From positions 124,001 through 174,627 of the forward strand of contig JACPAV010000002.1 in assembly GCA_016180645.1 (NCBI GenBank): a DNA stretch of 50,627 bases, in the 5' to 3' direction. The notes beneath the pieces are model-generated. The model ran no database searches. It worked only from the letters and a program-made list of their open reading frames with translations, and was not told the origin of the DNA. Origin of the DNA: Nitrospirota bacterium (GTDB lineage Bacteria > JACPQY01). Of this stretch, positions 7,845 to 14,856 are shown piece after piece. Both the position numbers and the translations under genes were made by a program. Each line of letters starts with the position of its first letter. Position 1 is the stretch's first letter.

Positions 7845-10262
7845 TCATGAGGCTGTGATCCCTTCCGGTTCCCCCTGGCGCCTTCCGTGCACCATTCGGT
7901 CGATGATCTCCTGCTGTATCTCCGGCGCAAGATCGTCGAAGTACGCCGAGTAGCCCGAGACCCGCACCAACAGACCGGGAAACCGGTCCGGGTGATCGCG
8001 CGCTTCCATCAGGACTTTCGGATCGAGCACGTTCACCTGCATCTGCATGCCGCCTGACTTGAAACAACCGTCGATGAGCGCGCCCAACCGTCGGGATCCG
8101 GAATCACCTTCAACCGACCAGGGATCCAATTGCAGATTGAAATTGATCCCATTCCGCGCGACGTGGAGCGGCAACGCGGCCTGAGAGCGTAGGAGGGCTG
8201 TCGGGCCCCGGCGATCTCTCCCGTTCCCGGCCGAAAGGCCGGAGGAGAAAGGATCCCCCGTGCACCGGCCGCTGGGCAGCGCACCCACCTTCCTACCGAA
8301 GGCCACATGCGAAGTTACAGAGTAGAAGCCGGCCACATATTCGCCACCCCGCGTGTTGACCCTGTCCCGAAGGGTGGAATCGAACATTTCCATGACCCGT
8401 CCAACATAGCCATCCGGGAGGGGATCGTCGTTTCCATACTTGGGCGCATTCCGCAGCCGCGCCCGCAGTTCTTCGTAACCGATGAAATTCTTCCGACAGG
8501 CCCGAATCACCTGCCCCAGAGTCGCCTTTTTCTTTTGGAAGACGATCCAATCGATGGCCGCCAGACAGTCTCCCACCTCCACCGCACCGACCCCTTGGAT
8601 GCCGCTTCCATTGTAGGCGGCGCCTCCCTCGGTGGAATCTTTTCCCTTCGCCATGCAGCCGTCGAGCAGCATGGACGTGAGCGGTGTCGGATGCAGGCGC
8701 GCATTGGCTCTCTCGACAGCCTCCAGATCCGCCAGCAGCCGCGCGACTCCCGCGCGGATCTGGGTCTCCAGCAGCCCAAGGAGCGCCTGCATGGATGGAC
8801 AGTTCGCCGCGTCCTGCGTTCTTGCGCCCATCCGACGGAGCCGGCCAAAACGCCTACCGCCATTCAGAGCCAGCTCCATGCACAAAGGCAGATTGAAGAG
8901 TGCCGCATCGGTCGAGAAAAAACTCCTGCCTGCCGCCACCGGCTCCACGCATCCTACATTTGCGTAGTCGCGCGCGTCTTCCACGGCCACTCCTCTCGAC
9001 TTCAAAATCGGAACGATCACTTCGTCGTTGTAGACAGCGGGCGAAACCGCTCCTCCGGCCAGGGCCGAGGCAATTCTCGACCGATACGCTGCCGGACTGC
9101 CCGCGTGGATGCGTGCATGGTAGTTGGGTTGCCGAGTCCGCAGCGCATCCATCAGCTCCAGGAAAAGGAAGGTGACTTCATTCGTCGCATCCCCGCCTTC
9201 CCGATCCGTTCCTCCGACCACCACCACCTGGCCGTTGAACATTCCACCGTGGAAGCGCGTCCCGCGCCGCGAGAAAGCCGGCACGATCTCGCACAGTTTC
9301 ACCGCGAAGCACCCCAAAAGCTCGAAGGCGCCCTCGCGATCCAAGCGGCCTGCTTTCAAGTCGGCCTCGTAGAATGGATGGAGGATCTGATCCAATCGGC
9401 CGGGGCATACGGAGTTGTCCAGCGATTCCAAGTTGAGCGCGATCTGCGCGAAGAGGATCGATTGGAGCGCCTCGTGGAAAGTCGTCGCCGGCCCTCGAGG
9501 TACTTTCCTGCATATCTCTGCAATCCCGTTGATCTCAGCCCGTCGGGTCGGGTTCGATTCATGTTGCGCCTGCGCGAAAGCTGCGGAACGATAACGCTCC
9601 GCGAAGCCGTCCAAGGCGTCACACACCCCCACCACCGCCCGCCAGAAATACTCTTCGCGGGGGCCGATCCCGGCGGCCGCCCGCCGCTTCTCGGCCTCCT
9701 CCCGGTAACCCGCGGTTCCCCGATTCACCAGACCTGCGTAGTCCGGGACGAAGTGCGATATTCCCGCCACCTCGTTGATGAGGTACGATGTCGGATCTCC
9801 CATCTCGGCAAGAAACGGCAGCGACCGCGGGAACGGATGCGCCTTCGTCATCATGATGCGCGAAATCCAGTAGGGCAGCACTTCCGTGAGAAGCCGACGA
9901 CGGGCGGCCCGTGAGATCTGGAGGGGATTCACCTTTCTTTTCGGAAATCGGAACAGATCCTCCATCATCGCCACCCCGTGCAGTTCGGGAAAGAGCTGCC
10001 CCCCGACTCGAAACGAAGTGAAATTCCCCACCAACAGCTCCTGGGGATAAATATGAATCGCTTTGTGCCCCAGGATGTATTCCAGCGCCCCGGCCTTCTG
10101 CAAAATCACGGGATCTTTCGGATCGGCCAAGGTGCGAAAATACCGGGTGACGAGAAACGCACGTTCACCACAGAGTGCGGGAGAGCTTCCCCGAACTTCT
10201 TCGTGGAGACGGCGGACGCGCTGGGTCAGGTTCACACCGACGACGGGTCTCGCGGCGCTCAT
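7845..10262 (-). CDS. Glycyl radical enzyme (PFL2/eliminase-type, substrate unknown)
   Basis: About 805 aa. Cys loop NVGCVEP has a single Cys, unlike the CC pair of true PFL. It also has the Gly loop LVRVSGYSAYF, PKYGND and MQMQVNV. The ATG at 10262 overlaps the activase stop (ATGA). Confidence 0.92.
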   Translation of the reverse strand: MSAARPVVGVNLTQRVRRLHEEVRGSSPALCGERAFLVTRYFRTLADPKDPVILQKAGALEYILGHKAIHIYPQELLVGNFTSFRVGGQLFPELHGVAMMEDLFRFPKRKVNPLQISRAARRRLLTEVLPYWISRIMMTKAHPFPRSLPFLAEMGDPTSYLINEVAGISHFVPDYAGLVNRGTAGYREEAEKRRAAAGIGPREEYFWRAVVGVCDALDGFAERYRSAAFAQAQHESNPTRRAEINGIAEICRKVPRGPATTFHEALQSILFAQIALNLESLDNSVCPGRLDQILHPFYEADLKAGRLDREGAFELLGCFAVKLCEIVPAFSRRGTRFHGGMFNGQVVVVGGTDREGGDATNEVTFLFLELMDALRTRQPNYHARIHAGSPAAYRSRIASALAGGAVSPAVYNDEVIVPILKSRGVAVEDARDYANVGCVEPVAAGRSFFSTDAALFNLPLCMELALNGGRRFGRLRRMGARTQDAANCPSMQALLGLLETQIRAGVARLLADLEAVERANARLHPTPLTSMLLDGCMAKGKDSTEGGAAYNGSGIQGVGAVEVGDCLAAIDWIVFQKKKATLGQVIRACRKNFIGYEELRARLRNAPKYGNDDPLPDGYVGRVMEMFDSTLRDRVNTRGGEYVAGFYSVTSHVAFGRKVGALPSGRCTGDPFSSGLSAGNGRDRRGPTALLRSQAALPLHVARNGINFNLQLDPWSVEGDSGSRRLGALIDGCFKSGGMQMQVNVLDPKVLMEARDHPDRFPGLLVRVSGYSAYFDDLAPEIQQEIIDRMVHGRRQGEPEGITAS

Positions 10263-11185
10263 TCCCACGTGGTGACTTCCAATCCTTTCGATCGGAGATA
10301 CCCAGCCGCCTGCTCCAATGGCCCGGAGCCCCGCGCTTCAGGCGCGAGTGAAAGCGGCTCGATGGGGAATCCCACGCGGGCCAGCTTCGCCTCGCCCATG
10401 GCGTGGTAGCGAAGGAGATGGATACCGACCACGCCGTTCCCACGGAGAAAGGCGGCGATCTCCAATAGGTTCGTCGGATCATCGGTGTATCCGGGCACCA
10501 CCGGCACTCGGAACTGCGTGGAAACTCCCGATTCGATCAGACGCCGGGCATTGGAAAGAATGGCTGCATTGTCGGCCCCGATCACTTCCCGATGCATTTC
10601 AGGGGACATGATCTTCAAGTCGAACTGAATGAATTCAAGGAGGGGAAGATACGGCTGGAAGGCCTCCCATCGGAAGAGTCCGCAGGTTTGGAGCCCGACG
10701 CCGACCCCCACCTCGGCGCAGCGCCGCGCGAAAGCGCCGGCGAATTCCATCTGCAGCGTCGGCTCACCACCGGAAAGCGTAATCCCCCCCCCCGACGAAG
10801 CAAAGAAGGGCCTGTCCCTCGCTACCTCTTCAACCAACTCCTCGATGCCGTACCGCCTGCCAACCACTTCCAGCGCCCCGTGCGGGCAGGCATCTACACA
10901 TACCCCACAGGCATCACACAGTTCCCTCCGGATTCGCGCTTCCATCCGCGTCATCGCGCCTGCCGTGCAGGCGGGAATGCAGTGTGAGGCCTTCCTGCAA
11001 CGGTCTTCCCGAAAAGCCGGCTCAGGGTGGGGACGCAGGGACTCGGGATTCTGACACCAAGGGCACCTTAGCGGGCACCCCTTGAAGAAGACGGTCGTTC
11101 TGATGCCGGGGCCGTCATGAATCGAAAACCGCTGGATGTCGAAGACCACTCCGGTCGCGGTCCCGGCCGTTGAGCCGACCATCAT
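10259..11185 (-). CDS. Glycyl-radical enzyme activating protein (radical SAM with ferredoxin-like insert)
   Basis: IQRFSIHDGPGIRTTVFFKGCPLRCPWCQNPES, a Cys-rich insert (CRKASHCIPAC ... CDACGVCVDACP) and GGITLSGGEP. Confidence 0.93.
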   Translation of the reverse strand: MMVGSTAGTATGVVFDIQRFSIHDGPGIRTTVFFKGCPLRCPWCQNPESLRPHPEPAFREDRCRKASHCIPACTAGAMTRMEARIRRELCDACGVCVDACPHGALEVVGRRYGIEELVEEVARDRPFFASSGGGITLSGGEPTLQMEFAGAFARRCAEVGVGVGLQTCGLFRWEAFQPYLPLLEFIQFDLKIMSPEMHREVIGADNAAILSNARRLIESGVSTQFRVPVVPGYTDDPTNLLEIAAFLRGNGVVGIHLLRYHAMGEAKLARVGFPIEPLSLAPEARGSGPLEQAAGYLRSKGLEVTTWE

Positions 11186-11233
11186 GACCGGCTTCCGGCC
11201 TGGACCGGGAACCGATTCGGTTCGAAAGGGATT

Positions 11234-11268
11234 GCGGGGAGGCTTGGTGGTGAGCCCAAGCCCCCCGC
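11234..11268. terminator. GC-rich hairpin between the phasin-like gene and the GRE activase (weak terminator or mRNA-stabilising stem)
   Basis: GCGGGGAGGCTTGG-8 nt-CCAAGCCCCCCGC, with no clear U-tract on the minus strand. Confidence 0.4.
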
Positions 11269-11281
11269 TCCTTCCGACATG

Positions 11282-11602
11282 TTACTTGCCGACGTTTGAA
11301 ACGATTTCGGAAACGCTGCTGATCAGTTTCTTGGCCTGCTGCTTCGCCGTGGCAATGCCGCGGTTGCGCGCATCGGAAATCGTCTGATAGACCTTGCGGG
11401 CCGATTTGCCCTCGATGCCCGTGATGTCTTCAGCCGTGGAGATGACGCGGTCGGCCGTCTTGTCCACCGTTTCGGACACTTTCTCGGCCAGGTCGAACGC
11501 GCGGTCCGCCACCGTTCTCACGACGTTTTCCGCCTTCTCGACCTGCCCGGAGACTTTTGTTTCGGCCGTTTTCGGCCGGCTGATGCGCTTTCGTGATGCC
11601 AT
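11282..11602 (-). CDS. Phasin-like / PHA-granule-associated amphipathic helical protein (putative)
   Basis: 106 aa, K/A/E/V-rich, Cys- and Trp-free, predicted helical. It has a strong AAGGAGG RBS and is divergent from the phaR-like gene. Confidence 0.55.
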   Translation of the reverse strand: MASRKRISRPKTAETKVSGQVEKAENVVRTVADRAFDLAEKVSETVDKTADRVISTAEDITGIEGKSARKVYQTISDARNRGIATAKQQAKKLISSVSEIVSNVGK

Positions 11603-11725
11603 GTTGAACCTCCTTCGGTTCCCGTCCAATTCGCCTCCAGGGGAAAAAGACTCCTCCACGTCCCCGGAAGGCGGGCTTCCACCCCGGCCATCCTGCCGGC
11701 CTGGGTCCCTTTTGATTCTGCTTTA

Positions 11726-11812
11726 TGTTGCATTGCGACAATTCTGCCATACCCCGGTTTTCTTGTCAAGCCCCCCTTGTTGCAGAGCAACATCCCCTCT
11801 TGCAACGCACCA
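11726..11812. promoter_or_regulatory. Three palindromic TGC-N3-GC(A) operator boxes (putative PhaR sites)
   Basis: TGTTGC-att-GCGACA (11726-11740), TGTTGC-aga-GCAACA (11778-11792, perfect) and TCTTGC-aac-GCACCA (11798-11812). Confidence 0.65.
11741..11769 (-). promoter_or_regulatory. Putative sigma70 promoter for the phasin/GRE unit
   Basis: Minus strand TTGACA (11769-11764), 17 bp spacer, CAGAAT (11746-11741) preceded by an extended -10 TG. Confidence 0.6.
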
Positions 11813-11818
11813 TGCCGC

Positions 11819-11847
11819 TTGCCATTCCCTCGGGAAACCGGTACATT
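11819..11847 (+). promoter_or_regulatory. Putative sigma70 promoter for phaR (likely leaderless transcript)
   Basis: TTGCCA (11819-11824), 17 bp spacer, TACATT (11842-11847). The ATG is at 11854 with no SD sequence. Confidence 0.55.
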
Positions 11848-11853
11848 CTCTTC

Positions 11854-12348
11854 ATGGATGCCATCGTCTTCAAGAAGTACAAGAACAACCGCCGGCTGTA
11901 CGACACGTCGCACAACCGCTACGTCAACCTGGACGAAATCGAGGGCATGGTGCGTCGCAAGAAGGCCGTGCGGGTGGTGGACGCGCAAACCGGAAGGGAC
12001 CTGACGAACTCCGTCCTCCTCCAGATCATCCTGAACCGCGCCAAAGGCAATCCGGCCTCGTTCCTTCCGACCGATTTCCTGAGCCAGCTCATACAATATC
12101 AGGGGAAATCGGTCTTCGATTTTTATCGCAATTTCACGAAAGTGGCCTCCGGCTATCTCTCACGGTTCCACAAGGGTTTTGGGGGGACGAAGAAGATCGT
12201 GGAGGAGGCCCTGGATGAAATCGGGCGGAAGGCGGGTCCCGAGGCTCAGGCGCGATTGGAGCGAATCGCCCTCCAGGAGATCCGTTTCCTGAAGTCGAAG
12301 ATTGCGGGGCTGGAAACCCGGCTGTCGAAGAAGGGGTCGCGGCGTTGA
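11854..12348 (+). CDS. phaR: Polyhydroxyalkanoate synthesis regulator (PHB_acc_N DNA-binding domain)
   Basis: FKKYKNNRRLYDTSHNRYVNLDEI...VVDAQTGRDLTNSVLLQII...LPTDFLSQLI matches the PhaR N-terminal signature. It has a C-terminal coiled coil. Confidence 0.85.
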   Translation: MDAIVFKKYKNNRRLYDTSHNRYVNLDEIEGMVRRKKAVRVVDAQTGRDLTNSVLLQIILNRAKGNPASFLPTDFLSQLIQYQGKSVFDFYRNFTKVASGYLSRFHKGFGGTKKIVEEALDEIGRKAGPEAQARLERIALQEIRFLKSKIAGLETRLSKKGSRR

Positions 12349-12419
12349 CTCAATCTGTTTCTATCGAGCCTAAGCTCGACTTTTGCCATTTTTTGAAAGG
12401 TTTATGTTGGTCCTTATGC

Positions 12420-12478
12420 GTAGGGGAGGGTCTTCAGACCCTCCCGACAAGAGGGAGCATCTGAAGATGCTCCCCTAC
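12420..12478. repeat. GTAG-type REP doublet
   Basis: GTAG-GGGAGGGTC-ttca-GACCCTCCC followed by inverted GGGAGCATC-tgaa-GATGCTCCC-CTAC. Confidence 0.75.
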
Positions 12479-12496
12479 GAATCGGCATTCTGTCAG

Positions 12497-12695
12497 AGGC
12501 TCTGAGCTCGACTTTTGCCATTTTTCCATGCCGTGTGAACATCACTTCACGAGGGAAGGCCATTTCCACGCCGTGAATTTTTAGACAGGAGCCGTTTTCC
12601 GGTCTCGTTTCAAAATTCATCGCTCAGAATCTCGCTCGGATGGGAAGGCATCTTCAGACACCGCTCAAGAATGGCAAAAGTCGAGCTAAGAGCCT
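12497..12695. mobile_element. Putative MITE (about 199 bp) with 26-bp terminal inverted repeats
   Basis: AGGCTCTGAGCTCGACTTTTGCCATT (12497-12522) versus AATGGCAAAAGTCGAGCTAAGAGCCT (12670-12695), one mismatch. A third partial copy of the end is at 12373-12392. There is no transposase. Confidence 0.6.
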
Positions 12696-12707
12696 TTGAG
12701 GTAATGA

Positions 12708-12772
12708 CGCGGGCTGAAGCCCGCGGCTACCGGGAATGTGCGTCCCTGGTAGGCGCAGGCCTTATGCCTGCG
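12708..12772. repeat. GTAG-type REP doublet
   Basis: CGCGGGC-tgaa-GCCCGCG-GCTAC followed by GTAGG-CGCAGGC-cttat-GCCTGCG. Confidence 0.7.
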
Positions 12773-12827
12773 GAAGACGACCACCGGTTCGCCATTCTGT
12801 CAGAGGCTCCAAGCCTCGATTGGGGAC

Positions 12828-14645
12828 TCACATTTCCAAAATTCGGAAGATCTCTCCCCGGTCTACGTATGACCGGGCCTCCATGAAGACCTCCGGCGGC
12901 ATGGCGCTGTAGTTCAGCGGCCGGCCGTCCCGGTTGAAGAGGACTTTCGTCGCATCGTCCAATTGGAGAACGTATTCGTGCAGGGATTCATTGGGCACGG
13001 GTCGACCGGATTCCGGATCGAACTGGACACCAAACTCTTCCTGGAGCACCCGCTTCACATCGGGATCGCCGAACATCTCCGTTCCCGGATAGGCCGTCGC
13101 CGTAAACATGGATTTGTTGACCGCGCGCCGTGCCGCGTAGTGTTCCGGTGAGTCTGTCGCCGCGCCGGCCGTGTAGAACTCTTCCTGCCACTGGATGAAC
13201 GCCACGGTGTTCTTCAGGTCTTCCAAGGTTTCGCCGGGATAGCCCATGATCCACGTGCAATTTCCGTGGATGCCGGCCTCCCGCGTGCGTTTCACCCCCT
13301 CCATCATCGTCACGGGGAACTCGTGGCCCTGCCACCGCTGGGTGCCGTTTGAAAGGATGAACCCACCCTTCCCCATCGCCTCCAGGATCCGTGGGCTGGC
13401 GCTCTCCGCTCCAAAACCGATGTAGGCGCAGCCGGCCTTCGCCATGAGATCGACACGACTGATGGCGTTGCGAACATAGACGGGCCCACCGTGACCGTTT
13501 CGAGCCGGGTTGGGTCGGATATCGGCGGCTTCATCCAAGCGGCCGTGGGTTCCCCAACGCACCCCGGTTCGTTCCAACACGTCCTGCATGGCAGGGACCA
13601 GGTTTTGAATCCGCCGCGGGACGACCATGAAATTGTCATCCGTGATTCCCATGAAATCCAACTTGTATTTCTCCGAAAAGAGGGCGATTTCCTGCGCCAG
13701 GTTTTCCGCCGAACGGACGCCGTAGTTCCGCTCCCCCTGTGCGCCTCGGAAACAGAATTTGCAATCGAACGGGCAGCCGCGGCTGCTCACGGTGGAGAGA
13801 CTCCTGGCCATGGAGAAGGGCGCCGCGGAGCTGTTGCGGGAGCCCCCGCCCCAGATCGGATTGCGGAGGTACGTTTCAAGGACCCGCACGCCGTCGACGT
13901 CCTCCTCCATGAGGTCCCACGCAGGAAATGGGAGTGAATCCAGATCGTCCGGCCGGCCACCGTGATAGGCGAACCGAGGCTGACCATCCGCCGTGCACTC
14001 CATGAAGTACGGCTCAAGCTTCCCGCTCAATACGGCCGCTTTCACTCCCACGGCGCGGATCAACTTCGCGTCGTAGGCCATTTTGAGAATGGCGTCGTCC
14101 CCTTCCGAATGGCATACGGCATTCAGTTCCGGGATCCATCGAAACAAATCCTCGCGGAATTCCGTGGCGAGGCCGTTACCGGTGGCCAGGATCGCGCGCG
14201 GTTGAATGCTTCGGATCACCCGGGCCAGATTCTCCTGCCAGCGGAGGGTGGTGATGAGTCCAGAGAAGGCGATGAGGTCCTGATCGCCATGCCTGTCGAG
14301 GTACTTCGCAATCAGCGCCTCGGCTTCCGCAAGCGACAGATGGCGGCCCGCGCCGGGCGACTTCGCGTAGGCGAGAGGTTGGCCCACGGGATCGAACTGT
14401 TCGTGAGTCGTAAGTCGTAAGTCGGAAGTCGGAAGACGATACGCGTTGAGATCCACGATGACGGGGATTGCGCCGAACTGACGGAGCCGTGCCGCGAGGA
14501 GGGCGGGACCGAGCGGGGCGACGTTCGGCGGGGCGCTTTCCCGCAGGGGCATGTTGATGAGCATGACCCTCGCGCCCTCCACGTCACCGGGGGAGAGCTG
14601 ACTTACGACGGCCCCAGGGTGAGTGTACGAGCCCCGGGTGTGCAT
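12828..14645 (-). CDS. Cobalamin-binding radical SAM protein (class B methyltransferase-like)
   Basis: N-terminal APLGPALLAARL B12-domain-type motif, LDSLPFPAWDL, SRGCPFDCKFC (CxxxCxxC), DDNF, IGFGAES and IMGYPGET. Confidence 0.85.
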   Translation of the reverse strand: MHTRGSYTHPGAVVSQLSPGDVEGARVMLINMPLRESAPPNVAPLGPALLAARLRQFGAIPVIVDLNAYRLPTSDLRLTTHEQFDPVGQPLAYAKSPGAGRHLSLAEAEALIAKYLDRHGDQDLIAFSGLITTLRWQENLARVIRSIQPRAILATGNGLATEFREDLFRWIPELNAVCHSEGDDAILKMAYDAKLIRAVGVKAAVLSGKLEPYFMECTADGQPRFAYHGGRPDDLDSLPFPAWDLMEEDVDGVRVLETYLRNPIWGGGSRNSSAAPFSMARSLSTVSSRGCPFDCKFCFRGAQGERNYGVRSAENLAQEIALFSEKYKLDFMGITDDNFMVVPRRIQNLVPAMQDVLERTGVRWGTHGRLDEAADIRPNPARNGHGGPVYVRNAISRVDLMAKAGCAYIGFGAESASPRILEAMGKGGFILSNGTQRWQGHEFPVTMMEGVKRTREAGIHGNCTWIMGYPGETLEDLKNTVAFIQWQEEFYTAGAATDSPEHYAARRAVNKSMFTATAYPGTEMFGDPDVKRVLQEEFGVQFDPESGRPVPNESLHEYVLQLDDATKVLFNRDGRPLNYSAMPPEVFMEARSYVDRGEIFRILEM

Positions 14646-14856
14646 GGCCTAGCCTAGAAAAAGTCGCGGAGGCATCCTTGCCTCCGCATTATTTGGCGTC
14701 ACCACCAAGCGCAACATCCCTGTTACTGTCCAACTACAATAGGTTGTATTTCTTGTCAACTGAAAACATTGGCTTGTATGCTGCGTTCATTTTGTCCCCA
14801 GAAGGGAATTCGGCAGCGAATTGGTGAACTTGAAGTATCCCTAGAGGATCAGGCCG

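Noticed and set aside
7845-10262. Annotation as pyruvate formate-lyase (pflB) or choline TMA-lyase (cutC)
   Set aside because: It lacks the adjacent Cys-Cys of PFL and has no cut or microcompartment context. A specific function cannot be supported.
12361-12810. Possible CRISPR array
   Set aside because: The repeats are inverted and irregularly spaced, with no constant repeat-spacer period and no cas genes. REP/MITE explains them better.
12414-12886. Small ORFs 12414-12620 (-) and 12671-12886 (+) sharing MAKVELRA
   Set aside because: The shared peptide is simply the translation of the terminal inverted repeat, so these are not credible paralogues or RiPP precursors.
14731-14759. Minus-strand TTGACA upstream of the B12 radical SAM gene (also TTGACA at 16495-16500 before neuB)
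   Set aside because: There is no convincing -10 hexamer at 16-18 bp spacing, so neither is called as a promoter.
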